This document shows, one piece after another, positions 1-13,548 of a stretch of DNA of 64,000 bases. Made by a program: the position numbers and the translations under genes. Origin of the DNA: Eledone cirrhosa. Its lineage: Eukaryota. A model generated the notes under the pieces. The model did not search any database. It was not told where the DNA came from and was given only the letters and a program-made list of their open reading frames with translations. The stretch lies in the NCBI GenBank assembly GCA_964016885.1, contig OZ024743.1, positions 242,854,001 to 242,918,000 of the forward strand. Direction: 5' to 3'. The stretch's first letter is position 1; each line of letters starts with the position of its first letter.

Positions 1-802
1 ACATACAGATATATACAGATTTATTAACACACAGATACACTCACACATACACATATACAGATTTATTAACACACAGATACACACACAAACACTCATATAG
101 ATATGTTAACATACACATACATATATAGATCTATTAACAGACACACACACATATATACACATACATATAGATATATTATCACACACATACAGATTTATTA
201 ACAGATATACACACCCATACACTCATATAGATATATTAACACACAGATATACACACACATACACTCATGTAGTTATTTTAACACACAGATATAGACATAT
301 ATACATATAGACATATTAATACACATATATACACACATATATATATATAGAGAGAGAGGGAGATTAACACACAGATATACATAAATATTAACACACAGAT
401 ACACATAAATATTAACAGATATACACACACACATATAGATATTAACAGATACACACACACACACACAAATCTGACAATAATCCACATCTATTCAATTTAA
501 ATATTACCATCAGTAATATATTTTTATGTATTTTACTTTGATACATATATATATATATATATATATATTGCTATCCCCACCTCCACCAACACAGTACCAC
601 CAATACCACCAGCACCACCACCACTGCAGCCAAATACACACACTACATCTACATACACACCCATATCTATACACACACTTTTCCAAGCTCTAATCAAAAC
701 CATCGGAAGTTGCAGAGATCCAATAAAAGATAAATTATATTTCTGTAAATTCTTCTTCCTTTCTTTTATTTCTTTTATTCCTCTACAACAACAACAACAA
801 CA

Positions 803-874
<72 letters not shown>

Positions 875-886
875 ACAACAACAACA

Positions 887-921
<35 letters not shown>

Positions 922-1015
922 CAGCTACTATCACCACCACCATCACTACTACCACCACCCACCACTATTGCCACCACCATATTCAATAATAATAATAATA
1001 ATAAATTGACAGCAG
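1..1015. repeat. Low-complexity CA/TA-rich repeat followed by (CAA)n/(CTA)n/(CTG)n/(AAT)n microsatellites
   Basis: Directly visible; the ORFs here are repeat artefacts. Confidence 0.9.
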
Positions 1016-1224
1016 CAACATTAATAATGGTAGCAATAATAAAAGTGGTGGTGGTGGTGATATCATTATCTTAATATTGATTTTTGTTCAAAGTTGTTGG
1101 TTCGACTGATTGTAAAACCAGTGAAACCAACAAACCAACGAATCAGTGGCATGTGCCTCTGACTCAACACCACTGTCATCAAGAATAGATCTGTGCCACA
1201 TTTTTACAGAGATTGTGCCAGTAG

Positions 1225-1416
1225 TAATAATTGCTTCTACTTTTGGCACAAGGCCAGCAATTACCCAGTACATTACTGGTACTTTATTTTATTGACCCCG
1301 TAAGGATGAAAGGCAAAGTTAACCTCGGCGGGATTTGAACTCAGTCCGTAAAGGGACGTAACTATGCTGCAAAGCATGGCGTCTGACCCTCTACCGATAC
1401 TGCCAATCCACTGCCA
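1225..1416 (-). mobile_element. tRNA-derived SINE, family A (Meta-SINE-like core)
   Basis: Minus strand has A box TGGCAGTATCGG, B box GAGTTCAAATC, core GCCTTTCATCCTTACGGGGTC.ATAAAATAAAGTACCAG and an (ATT)n tail; many copies in the window. Confidence 0.85.
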
Positions 1417-1442
1417 GTAGTAATAATGATTTATAATTTAGG

Positions 1443-2425
1443 CACCAGATCAGTAATTTGTGGGGAAAGGTGAAGTCACAAGATCAGTAATTTGTGGGGA
1501 AGGGTGAAGTCACAAGATCAGTAATTTGTGGGGAAGGGTGAAGTCACAAGATCAGTAATTTGTGGGGAAGGGTGAAGTCACAAGATCAGTAATTTGTGGG
1601 GAAGGGTGAAGTCACAAGATCAGTAATTTGTGGGGAAGGGTGAAGTCACAAGATCAGTAATTTGTGGGGAAAGGTGAAGTCACAAGATCAGTAATTTGTG
1701 GGGAAGGGCAAAGTCACAAGATCAGTAATTTGTGGGGAAGGGTGAAGTCACAAGATCAGTAATTTGTGGGGGAAAGGTGAAGTCACAAGATCAGTAATTT
1801 GTGGGGAAGGGCAAAGTCACAAGATCAGTAATTTGTGGGGAAGGGTGAAGTCACAAGATCAGTAATTTGTGGGGAAAGGTGAAGTCACAAGATCAGTAAT
1901 TTGTGGGGAAGGGCAAAGTCACAAGATCAGTAATTTGTGGGGAAGGGTGAAGTCACAAGATCAGTAATTTGTGGGGAAAGGTGAAGTCACAAGATCAGTA
2001 ATTTGTGGGGAAGGGCAAAGTCACAAGATCAGTAATTTGTGGGGAAGGGTGAAGTCACAAGATCAGTAATTTGTGGGGAAGGGCAAAGTCACAAGATCAG
2101 TAATTTGTGGGGAAGGGTGAAGTCACAAGATCAGTAATTTGTGGAGAAGGGCAAAGTCACAAGATCAGTAATTTGTGGGGAAAGGTGAAGTCACAAGATC
2201 AGTAATTTGTGGGGAAGGGTGAAGTCACAAGATCAGTAATTTGTGGGGAAGGGCAAAGTCACAAGATCAGTAATTTGTGGGGAAGGGTGAAGTCACAAGA
2301 TCAGTAATTTGTGGGGAAAGGTGAAGTCACAAGATCAGTAATTTGTGGGGAAAGGTGAAGTCACAAGATCAGTAATTTGTGGGGAAGGGTGAAGTCACAA
2401 GATCAGTAATTTGTGGGAAAAGGCG
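1443..2425. repeat. 34-bp tandem array (~29 copies) expanded inside a family-A SINE (SINE spans ~1425-2600, minus)
   Basis: Unit CACAAGATCAGTAATTTGTGGGGAAGGGTGAAGT resembles the SINE segment CACAAGGCCAGTAATTTGGGGGAGGGGAAAGT; the SINE body resumes at ~2430. Confidence 0.9.
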
Positions 2426-2659
2426 AACTCAATTATATCAACCACAGTATATGACTGGTACTTTATTTTATTGACACCTGCAAAATAAAAGACAAAGTTG
2501 ACCTCAGCGAGATTTCAACTCAGAATGTAAAAGGCCATAGGTAAATACAGTAAAAGATTCTGAAGGCTGCTTTAATGAAACCGCCAATCTACCTACCTTA
2601 TGAAAGACCTCCACCGATCACTAATGACTATGGTTTTGCACCTAGAAACAAGGTTTGTT

Positions 2660-2915
2660 TGTGAAAAACCAGCAGACGCCTATACATACCAGTCTCCCCT
2701 CTCCATGCCACCGACATTGTCCAAGGGAAACGCAATGGCTGATAGAGCTTGACACCAGTGACATCGCAACTCATTTCTACAGCTGAGTAAACTGGAGCAA
2801 CGTGAGATAAAGTGTTTTGCTGACGGACACAACTTATCACTCGGTCCAAGAATCAAACTCACAACCTCTCAATTGCATGTCCAACACTCTAACTACTAAG
2901 CCATGCGCCTTCACC
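2660..2915 (-). mobile_element. tRNA-derived SINE, family B (partial)
   Basis: Reverse complement of the head at 12550/20190; shares sequence with 63090-63330. Confidence 0.75.
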
Positions 2916-3004
2916 TACCTTATAATTAACAAATAATAATGAGGTTTTTTTATTGGCCACAACAGCGCACAACATTGGTGACAATACAAGGACAAAAACA
3001 ACAC

Positions 3005-3219
3005 AATGATTTCTAGTATAGACACAAGGCCAGTAATTTGGGGGGGGGGGGGAGTCAATTAAATTGACCCCAGTACGTTACTGGTGCTTTATTTTATCGA
3101 CCCTGTAAGGATGAAAGGCAAAGTTAACCTTGGCGGGACTTTAACTCAGACCGTAAAGGAACGTAACTCTATGCTGCAAAGCATGGTGTCTGACTCTACC
3201 GATACTGCCAATCCACCGC

Positions 3220-3221
<2 letters not shown>
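3005..3221 (-). mobile_element. SINE family A
   Basis: Same core, A and B boxes as 1225-1416. Confidence 0.85.
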
Positions 3222-3266
<45 letters not shown>

Positions 3267-3911
3267 GTAAAAAACAGAAATTCAAAAATAGAGCATCTAA
3301 AAGAATGAATACATTATGAAAACACAAATACAGAACTCAAAACAACTAACAAATATAAAAATATTTAATGAAAATTTAAACCATGAAGATAGAACCAACA
3401 GATAAAGTAAAGAACAAAATACAACAAACCCTAACCTGATTCAGGAGAACACAGCCAAAAATACAAATGAAAAGAAATGTGAGGAGGAAGATATAGACAA
3501 AAGAAATACTGAAGACGGAATTTGCGACTACAATAAGATAAAGATGGAAATAATCCACAAACTCCAAACAGTAGAAGATCTCCCTATGGAAGAAACCCAC
3601 CCCAAAGATAAAAATCAATGGTGAAATACTAACAATTATAAAAAACGCTAATGTGGCCATCATAAACATAATTAATATACACAAGACATTAGTATTACAA
3701 GGCTAAATAATACAATATATACAGCAGCCACAGTTGTTACAAAAGACAGTAGGTACCACCTTAGATCCACACAAACAAGAATAGTAAAACACACAAAAAC
3801 ATGGAAATCAAAGATACAAGAAGATAGAAAAGAAAAGACCTCTCAATATTAAATGAAATAGGAAAAAAAAAACAATGCAGCTAAGAGCAGGGAAGGAAAT
3901 AAAAATATTAA

Positions 3912-4119
3912 CCCTTTAGCATTTAAATTACTCTATATTTACTATTATATTTTCACAGTGAAGGCTTTACCTCATATAATATTGAATCTATACGATTTTG
4001 ATATTATTTATTATCAAAACAATACCTTAACATCAGTATGAGCAGCTGGTTACAACTGGTTTGAACAGAAAGAGGTGAGGGAATTCTGGCCGGATGTGGT
4101 TGGTTTAAATGCTAAAGGG
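3912..4119. mobile_element. piggyBac-type MITE nested in the R4 element
   Basis: TIRs CCCTTTAGCATTTAAA / TTTAAATGCTAAAGGG with TTAA on both sides (3908-3911, 4120-4123); partial copies at ~34862-35058, ~40870-40960, ~50735-50896. Confidence 0.85.
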
Positions 4120-4134
4120 TTAAAGAAATATAAT

Positions 4135-4317
4135 TGTTTCTACTTTTGGCGCAAGGCCAGTAATTATTCCAGTGTATTACTGGTACTTTATTTTATCGAC
4201 CCCGTAAGGATGAAAGGCAAAGTTAACCTCGGCGGGATTTGAACTCAGATCATAAAGGGAGGTAACTCTATGCTTCAAGCATGGCGTCCGACCCTCTACC
4301 GATACTGCCAATCCACC
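4135..4317 (-). mobile_element. SINE family A with 15-bp TSD
   Basis: TSD TTAAAGAAATATAAT at 4120-4134 and 4318-4332. Confidence 0.9.
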
Positions 4318-6727
4318 TTAAAGAAATATAATATAACAGAAAGGGAAATCACTGAAACTAAGGAATGTCTAAAACAACAAATACTTGCAAAAACAGGAAC
4401 AATCTGGTGATATGAAAAATACCAGCAGTTTTTTTTTTAACAAGACCTGCAATTTCACTCCAATGTAAAATGATTCTACCAGTAACTTAGAAGAAAAATA
4501 GAGGTAAATGTAACCCCCAAAAGTAAAAGAAATGGTAGAGTTCTAGAAAAGATTCCGGGCAGCAGGAGAATTGCCATGCTCATGACTAATACGAACACAG
4601 CCCCTGAACAAATGTGGGAACATCACAACAGAGGAAGGCACCAGGACATGACAAGATCCTAAACTTCTGGTTGAAATATTTAACAAAGACACATGGTGTA
4701 CTTGCGAAAAAGTAGAATGAGATGTTGGCAAAGCCAGACATTATACCCAACTGGCTCACTAAGGGGGAAACCACCCTGAGTCCCAAGAACAATGGTACAG
4801 CAAACAAAACTACAGAGCCATAACATACCTTCCTACAATCTTTAAGACCTTAACTGCAATATCACAGAAACTGAACAAGCACTTGGAAAAAAACAACCTG
4901 TTTCCAAAATAGCAGAAAGGGTGCTGCAAAGGCTCATATGGCTGGTAAGACCACTTACTAATCAACAAAGCCATAACAGAAAACTATAGAAAAAGAAAGT
5001 AAATCTCAGCATGGTATGGATTGATTACCAGAAGACTTTTGACAATGTTCCCCATACATGGATACTGAACACATTAGCCATAAACAAAGTAGTACCAACA
5101 ATAAAAGCTTTCATCAAACATGCCATGAGTAAGTGGCAAACAGTTCTGCAGATACAAATGAAAGATGGATTTATAAAAACAGCCTATCTCAATCAACAGA
5201 GGCATATTCTCACCACTGCCCTTCTTCTGATACCATTACCTGAGATACAGAACTGAGACATGATTATAAATGCTATGGCAAGAAAATTAACCATTGCCTG
5301 TATATGGATGATCTGAAGCTGTATGTTGCAGACAAGTGACAACTTGAAATACTGCTGCAGACAGTACACGGATTTTAAAAATAAATAGACATAATATTTA
5401 AACTAAAAGAAATTGAGATAAGAGAATTGGATCAAACACAGCTATACAAATACTCAGGAGTCAATGAACCAGATGGGGGTCAACACACACAGATGTAAGA
5501 AAAGTTTAGAAAGGAATACTATAGATGGATTAGATTACTACTTAAGACAGAACTAAATGTAAACAATAAGGTAATGGGCATGAATACTCTAGTGATCCCT
5601 ATAATAAGCCACAGTTTTAATATTCTGAACTGGACACTAAAAGAACTAGCATGACGAGACAGAAAACAGTAAAGATAATGACTATTTAGAATACACTGTC
5701 CAAAATCAGATACAAAAAGATTATACCAACCACGAATAGAGGGAAAAGAGGCCTTATGCAACTTGTAAACTATTATACAATAACCACTGTAGGACTATAA
5801 AAATATCTAATGAAAAAAAAAATGGAAAATTAATACAAATAACCACAAAACATAAACAAAACAAAACAAAACAAAAAATTGTTTTCTATCAAGGAATCCA
5901 ACAAATTGGCAAATAATTATGAGGAAAATGAAAATACTGACGAAACAGCAACAGAAACTATGAAAAAGATGAAATCTAAATTGAAAAAAGATCTCTAGAT
6001 TGTTATGCTAAAAGAATAGCAAGTAAAATCCCTACAGGGAACAAAACCTGAAAAAATTCAATAGGGAGGAAGTGGACAAGCAGCTGAGACTGAGGGATTT
6101 ATAATTGCAGCACAAGATCAAACCTCCACACGACAAACGACCAAAAATACATGAGGCAGAGAACAGTGAGTAACTGTAGGATATGTTGTGGTGAGGAGGA
6201 TACACAGTGTCTCTGACTGTCCAGTCTTAGCTATAAAAGAATATATCCACAGACATGATAGAGTTTGGACATATACTGGAAGTTATGCCAACACTATGAA
6301 ATACATAAAGAAAAAATGTGATACAGACATATATCAGAAAAGGTGTCAGAGAATGACAAAAATAGGGAAATCACAAAAAATAAAATGTTTTCTAATTTCA
6401 ATCCCCATAATCAACTATATCTATCAAGGAAATTGAAAAATTATCCAAATATAAAGATCTGGAGATAGAAATAATTCAAATGTGAAGGATGAAAGCAGAA
6501 ACAATCCTTATAATAATAGTACCTCTGGGAATGATAAAAAACACACAGACAGATACATAACCAAAACCCCAGGACTTACAGATATATACAGCATATAAAA
6601 AATAGCACTACTAGATATTGCACACTTATTACAAAGAGTACTCTCAATACAATAGAAATAACAACTGCTCATACCTTAAGGTGCACAGGGATATGCTCAG
6701 TAATGCAGTAATGGCACGCAATAGAAA

Positions 6728-6791
<64 letters not shown>

Positions 6792-6796
<5 letters not shown>

Positions 6797-7420
6797 TTTC
6801 TTTATTGGCCACAAGGGCTGACATCAAGAAAAACATTACAGACGGCACAGGACGGTACGATGTGGGTTTTGTATAAAGATTTTTTATTATTTATATATAA
6901 AAAGAAAAAAAGACATAGAAACATATATATATATAAACAATACAAACAATACAAATGAAAATTGAAACAATGAAAAATTCCTCAATAGGGGGGAAACCTC
7001 TGAGGTTAACTCGTGGCAAAAACTGCACAAAAGACCACGGCCACCCTGACCACCAGGGCAAGTGCCCTCTCTCAATTTTTCCATTTCTCAAACTACAGGT
7101 GTATATTCAGAGCGGTCCCGTTCATTCGGACCATTCTCGCTACATTCACCCACCTTTCAACAAACTTGCTAGATGGCAGCACTTGCCTCTCCACCCTGAT
7201 TTTCCTCTTCAAGTGAAACTTGAAAAAGTTAATTAGGGATTCGCCGAAGAGGAAAGTATCTGTCTTTAACCCTTTCAACCTTGTCCACCACACAATCTCT
7301 CTCACCATGGCCACCAGGCAGATGAAAACCGCCTGCCCTTCCTCCTCGAAGGAAGACGGCGAGACCATCTGCACAATGGACTCAGTCGACAACCGGATCA
7401 GTCCTACACGCGACAGCAAC
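6792..7420 (-). mobile_element. 3' fragment of the Tx1/L1-type LINE (same family as 14684-16872)
   Basis: ORF 7093-7422 is almost identical to the C-terminus of the 602-aa ORF; same 3' UTR and tail. Confidence 0.9.
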
Positions 7421-8195
7421 AATAATAATAATAATTGTTTCTACTTTAGGCACAAGGCCAGCAATTTGGGAGAAGGGGAAAGTTGATTAAATCGACCCCA
7501 GTGACTGCTACTTTATTTTACCGACCCGTAAGGATGAAAAGCAAAGTTAACCTCAGCGGGATTTGAACTCAGATCATAAAGGGCCGTAACCCTATGCTGC
7601 AAAGCATAGCATCTGACCCTCTACTGATATTGCCAATCCACCGCCATATATAATAATAATAATTGTTTCTACTTTAGGCACAAGGCCAGCAATTACCCAG
7701 TGTATTACTGGTACTTTATTTTATCGACCCTGTAAGGATGAAAGGCAAAGTCAACCTCGGCAGGATTTGAACTCAGATCGTAAAGGGATGTAACTATGCT
7801 GGAAAGCATGGCGTCCGACCCTCTACTGATACTGCCAATCCACCGCCCTTATAATTGTTTCTACTTTTGGCACAAGGCCAGCAATTACCCAGTACATTAC
7901 TGGTACTTTATTTTATCGACCCCGTAAGGATGAAAGGCAAAGTTAACCTCGGTGGGATTTGAACTCAGAATGGCAAGGGCCGTAACTCTATGCGTCAAAG
8001 AAACAATATATAATAATAATAATAATGGTTTCTTATATAGGCACAAGGCCAGCAATTTGGGGGAGCGGAAAGTTGAGTAAATCGACCCCAGTACGTGACT
8101 GGAACTTCATTTTATCAACTCCGTAAGGATGGAAGACAAAGTTAACTTTGGCGGGATTTGAACTTAGAACATAAAGAGTTATATGCCGCAAAGCA
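7421..8195 (-). mobile_element. Stack of four family-A SINEs in the same orientation
   Basis: Copies at ~7421-7647, 7650-7848, 7851-8000, 8010-8195, separated by (AAT)n. Confidence 0.85.
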
Positions 8196-8299
8196 ATAGT
8201 GTTTTGTTATAATAATGGGATATAAGAAACCATGAAATGACACTTAGAACCGGGGAACAAAAAATATGTTACACGGTGTAATCTGATGTCAATACTGCC

Positions 8300-8512
8300 A
8301 ATCATCATCATTTAACATCCATCTTCCACACTAGCATGAGTTGGACGGGAATTGTCCCAACTTGAGGTAAGGTTGGTCGGGTGACCGTGTCTCGCTCGTA
8401 TATGACTATCTGGCAGGTTTTCTACGGTTGGATGCCCTTCCTAACACCAACCACATTTACAGTGTGGGACTGGGAGCCTTTTTACCGTATCTCCTACATG
8501 ACCACTTTACAG
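8300..8512 (-). mobile_element. 3' part of RTE-tailed SINE-like repeat (family C)
   Basis: Reverse complement of 30160-30375 and 62370-62595, including GGTTGGTGTTAGGAAGGGCATCC and a (GAT)n tail. Confidence 0.7.
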
Positions 8513-8986
8513 AATATCACCTCTGCCACCATCACAATCATCATCATCATCATCATCTTCATCATTGCCACATACAGGATAATCATTATCATCTTCACCA
8601 CGGTCATCACTATCATCATCCTCACCACCACCGCTACCACCATCAATTTTACTGTTGTTGTTGTTATTAAAATCAATATTTGTATTCCTTGTTAAGAAAA
8701 TTGAATTTCGAAAACTCTCTTCATTGATGGTTTATGTTGAGAACTAGTTCAAGATTTCAAAGATTGCCACCACTACCATCACCATCATAATACCTCAACC
8801 ACCACTACCACCACTACTACCTAACTCATGATCATCATCATTATCAGAATTCCATTACCACCATCATCATCACCATACTACTTCTACCTCTACCAGCACC
8901 ACCAGCACCACCATCATCAGCATAATTCCTTTACCACCATCATCGCCATAATACCATCTCTACCATCACCAACACCACCATCATTG

Positions 8987-9238
8987 CCATAATACCACTT
9001 CTACCACCACCATCATCTTCATCACCATAATACCACTTCTACCACCACCATCATCTTCATCACCATAATACCACTTCTACCACCACCATCATCTTCATCA
9101 CCATAATACCACTTCTACCACCACCATCATCTTCATCACCATAATACCACTTCTACCACCACCATCATCTTCATCACCATAATACCACTTCTACCACCAC
9201 CATCATCTTCATCACCATAATACCACTTCTACCACCAC
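8987..9238. repeat. 38-bp tandem repeat (~6.5 copies) within (CAC/CAT)n low-complexity DNA
   Basis: Unit CCATAATACCACTTCTACCACCACCATCATCTTCATCA. Confidence 0.85.
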
Positions 9239-9477
9239 TGTCAACATCACCTGAATACAACCTCCACCACCACTATCATTACCAGAATACAATCTTCACT
9301 GTCATCATCACCATATTACCATTTCTACCACTACCACTACCACCACCACCACCACCATCATCACCAGAATACAACCTTCACTATCATCACCATCATCACT
9401 AAGCCTTCCCACTTCTCTGTCCATTTTATATTCTCCCCCACCCCCACTTTCATTATGCATTGGTTATCAGTGATCAA

Positions 9478-9875
9478 AATAATAATTGTTTCTACTTTTG
9501 GCACAAGGCCAGCAATTATCCCAGTGCATGACTGGTACTTTATTTTATCGACCATGTAAGGATGAAAGGCAAAGTTAACCTCGGCGGGATTTGAACTCAG
9601 AATGGCAAGGGCTGTAACTCTATGCGTCAAAACATGGCGTCCGACCCTCTACCGATACTGCCAATCAATGGTTTCTAATTTGGGCACAAGGTCAGCAATT
9701 TGGGGAAAAAGGAAAGTTAATTATATCTCCCCCAGTAGTTGATTGTTACTTTATTTAATCAACCTCAGAATGGCAATGTAGACCTTGACAGGATCTGAAC
9801 TTAGAAAGTAAAGAGTCAGAACAAATCCTGCCTAACATTTGTCCAATGCTTTAACAACTCTGCTAGTCCACCACC
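9478..9875 (-). mobile_element. Two family-A SINEs (one young, one diverged)
   Basis: Core motifs at ~9530-9600 and ~9745-9805. Confidence 0.75.
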
Positions 9876-9935
<60 letters not shown>

Positions 9936-9945
9936 TGGTGATGGC

Positions 9946-9996
<51 letters not shown>

Positions 9997-9997
9997 A

Positions 9998-10945
9998 ACA
10001 TTGATTTGTTTACAATGTATCTGGCAAATTTAAAAATTAAAATATAAGCTTACTTTTTGAAAAGTTGCCAACAGAGAAAACAAGTCTAGGATTCTATTTG
10101 GAAGAGAAAGAAGAAATTCTTCTTAAGGAAGTAACAAGAGACAGGTTATATACAATCAGTAGAGATCAAATGGGGAAAAAACTTTGAAGGATAGAATCTT
10201 TATTATGTATTTCCCAAAGGAAAGAGACAAGAAATGGCAAGGAGTATTAAAGAAAGTGACTGAAGGATTGATTTGAGCAGAGGAGGAACAATTTCTAAGG
10301 GTAAATTGGATCAAAAAAATAATAGATATGTGGGATAGACTGTTCATCCAAATGTATAGAATGTCAAACAAAACCAATGAGACTATATCTCACATGGTGT
10401 CACTTAGTTACAAAAGATTCACAGTTAGCTCAAATTGAATACAAAAAATGTAGACATGATAAAACTGCTGCAATTATTCACTGAAAATTCTGTAAGAGAT
10501 TTAGCTTTGCATGAAATGAAGAGGACTATAGCCATTTTGTGGGAACAGAATTGATGAAAGTTCTAGAATAGAGGAAGTGAAGTTGTTATGGTAGTTTTCT
10601 ATGAAAGGAAAATACAGCACAAGCCAAATAGTGTGGTCATTGATGAGGAGAAATTATGAATGGTAAATATTACATGCCTGTTTGATAATACAATCAACAA
10701 GAAATAAGAAGAGAATAAAAGATTTGAAGTACTGGAATGAAAAACTTTGACATGATCCTGTCAATTAATGTTGGGGCTTTGGGAACTGTGACAAAGAATT
10801 TGATAATAAACATCAAAAGGTTAGGCATTAATCGGATATAAACAGTATGAAGGGGCAAGAATGCTTCCCATCCTAAACTCTGTGTTGGAGTCTAATAGCA
10901 AGCATTATTAAACCAGTTAAAACATTAATACCATGCAACAGTAAA
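9998..10945 (+). mobile_element. Degenerate 3' fragment of a second R4/Dong-like element
   Basis: RHDK..A.IIH motif (~10450-10482), I.C.FD..I (~10665-10700), VGALGTV (~10768-10790); flanked by (AAT)n(GAT)n and (AAT)n. Confidence 0.55.
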
Positions 10946-10959
10946 ATAATAATAATACT

Positions 10960-11087
10960 AATAATAATGATTTCTAGTATAGGCACAAGGCCAGTAATTT
11001 GGGGGAGGGGAAAGTCGATTAAATCGACCCCAGTGCATTACTGGTACTTTATTTTATCGACCCTGTAAGGATGAAAGGCAAAGTTAA
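10960..11087 (-). mobile_element. 5'-truncated SINE family A
   Basis: Core and tail present. Confidence 0.8.
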
Positions 11088-11399
11088 TGATGATGATAAT
11101 GTTTTTTTTATTAGCCACACAGGGCTGACATTAAGCAAACAATAAAGATATGAGTGTGTGAGTGTTAAATGAATGACCAAAGAACTTGCTGGGATCAAAA
11201 CGTGTTATTCTACGTATGTTTTGTTAACAAGAAAATTAGGATTGATAATACAAATATTCTATTTACATATCAATTATTTTCTGTCAAAACTCATCAGGAA
11301 TATGAGAAAAAAAAATGAATGAATGAATGAAAATGTCCCATGGAATGGAAAATAAAATATCAAACTGGAGATAGAATCATATTTATGCTGGTTATTTGT

Positions 11400-12540
11400 A
11401 ATAAATTTTACCATTCTATTTGCTTATGCATCCCACAGCTGTAATCAAGGCATAAACCTGTGTGTCGAAACATCTGAGCAAGAATTTAAGAAGATTTAAT
11501 CATAAATCTGTGACATTCAATGTGTTACTTCGAGAACTTTTGTATGCTGATTATGCTGATTTTGTTGCACACACAGAATCAAGACATGCAGTGCACAATG
11601 GATACATTTTCTGAAGCATGGCCTCTTTTGGATTCACTAGAAGCTTAACTAAGACCAAGGTGATGTACACTTCAGCACCAGGAGAAACTTAAATATATAT
11701 GTAAATGGGACTAGGTTGGCGATGGTTGATGCTTTTGCTTAACTGGGTAGTACTTTGTTGAGGGATGAAAGTTTAGATGCAGAAATACATCTTCGAGAGA
11801 AAAAGGCAAACGTTGCATTTGGAAAATTAGTGAAAAAGGTGTGATCAGATAGAGGCATAATATCGAGGACAAAAAAACAGTGTATAAGGCGTATGTGTTT
11901 ACAGTTTTGTTGTATGGGTGTGAAGCATGGACCACTCGCCAGCGGCATTTCAAGATACTTGACAGATTCCCCCAAAATTGCCTTCGGCATATCCTAGGTG
12001 TGTTACAAGGAGAATCATGACACCTGACACTTGAGTTTTACAAAGATCAGGGTACTCTACAATTAGTTTCTTTGTCATTAAGAGTAGATGCGTTAGGTAT
12101 TTTGTTTGCATGAATGAAATAAGGCTTCCAAAGGAAATATTTTATAGTGAGCTTGTGCACGGAAAAAGACCACAACATATGCCTAAGAAAAGGTACAAGG
12201 ATTGTATTAAAGAATATATAAAATATCTGAGTTTTGATATAAATCAATGGGAAAAGCCAGCTCTTGATCATAATACATGGAGAAAAGCAATTAAATCAGG
12301 GTATCAACTGTTGAATGAAACAAATAAAGCAAAAGCAGAGCTAAAATGGGCACTAAGAAAGGGTGAGTTAGTAGGGCTTGAAAATGTTAATTATTGGAAT
12401 TTCAATTTCTGTTACTGTGTCCTTCTCTCTAAGGCCAGTTTTGTAAATCAAGCATGAACAGACAATGACAGGCAGATTGTATTGCAAATCTCCCAGTACA
12501 TACAGATGTGACTACTTGTCAATCTTGTAGCAATATATGA
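11400..12540 (+). mobile_element. Degenerate RTE (BovB-like) LINE 3' portion
   Basis: RELLYAD (~11530), VYKAYVFTVLLYGCEAWT (~11880-11935), RLPKEIFYSELVHGKRPQHMPKKRYKDCIK (ORF 12110-12457). Confidence 0.85.
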
Positions 12541-12549
12541 CAACCATGC

Positions 12550-12892
12550 AGGCACATAGCTTAGTGGTTAGAGCATTGGCCTTGCAATCGAAAGGTTGTG
12601 AGTTCAATTCTCAGGCCGGGTGATGTGTTGTTTCCTTGAGCAAGACACTTTGTTTCACATTGCTCCAGTTTACTCAGCTGTAGAAATGAGATGATAGGAC
12701 TGGGGTCCCTATCATTCCACTGCAAAGTGGTCGTGGAGGTGCCACGGCAAAAAAACACCCAGCACTCACTGTAAATGAGGTTGGTGTTAGGAAGGGCATC
12801 CAGCTGTAGAAATTGAGCCAGAATCAGTTCCCGTCCCACCCTTGCAAGCAGGGAAAAGAGGACGTAAAATGAAATGATGATGATGATGATGA
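12550..12892 (+). mobile_element. SINE family B, full length
   Basis: A box TAGCTTAGTGG, B box GAGTTCAATTC, core TCCTTGAGCAAGACACTT, RTE-like 3' end and (GAT)n tail; near-identical copy at 20190-20543. Confidence 0.85.
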
Positions 12893-13261
12893 ACCTCCAG
12901 GTTAAAACGCCATATGAAGATTCATCAACATGATGTGGTTTCTCCAAATTGTCTCATCACAGACTTTGATGACCAGTCCAACCCATCTCAGCATGGAAAG
13001 TGGACATAAGATGATGATGATGATGATGATGATGATAATGATATTAAATTATACTCTAAAGCAATAAGAATTTCTCCCAATACGAGGGGCAGGGGTCCAA
13101 GATATTTGTACATTACACAAAGTTTTGAAAATATAGAAGAGGTGAAAAATATAACATTTTGAACTTAGACAACAGAAACTTCAGAATACAGATTTTTGGA
13201 TATCTCTTCTCACTTGGTACATACACACACGCACATTATTGTTATAGTTCCTGAAAAGACT

Positions 13262-13548
13262 GTTGATCAATGACCTTGAGGATGTGCTTCACACGAGATG
13301 CATGCGCTGGTACAGCCATGTCAAGCTCAGTGAGGGCTGGATCAGCAAAGTGATGAATGTCAATCCTGGAGGCAGTAGAGACTCAGGAAGACCAAAAAGG
13401 ACTTGGATGGAGTATGTCCATCTTGATCAATCTAGGCTTGGCTTGGCCTGGCCCACAGAAACACATGGAGCAGGAGAGCTGTCAGGCAGGACCCACTCCT
13501 ACTTAGGGATTGTGTCCTGCATAATCAAAATTTTGATGATGATGATGA
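13262..13548 (+). mobile_element. RTE LINE extreme 3' fragment
   Basis: MRWYSHV...GSRDSGRPKRTWME motif and (GAT)n tail. Confidence 0.7.

Larger units (their letters stand above)
3268..6727 (+). mobile_element. Degenerate R4/Dong-clade non-LTR retrotransposon (RT + restriction-like endonuclease), many stops and frameshifts
   Basis: Motifs WIDYQKTFDNVPHTWI (5011+), LYMDDLKLY (~5298-5325), ETEGFIIAAQDQ (~6086-6122), CRIC..CP..A..EY.HRHD (6170-6260), KYKDLEIEI (~6447), KIALL..AHLLQRVL* (~6600-6655); flanked by (TAA)n and (TAC)n(TAA)n. Confidence 0.85.

Noticed and set aside
1443-2425. CRISPR-like regular repeat
   Set aside because: No unique spacers; head-to-tail units derived from a SINE; eukaryotic context with no cas genes
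12550-12625. tRNA gene-like A and B boxes
   Set aside because: SINE head continuing into core and tail; multiple copies and no proper acceptor stem
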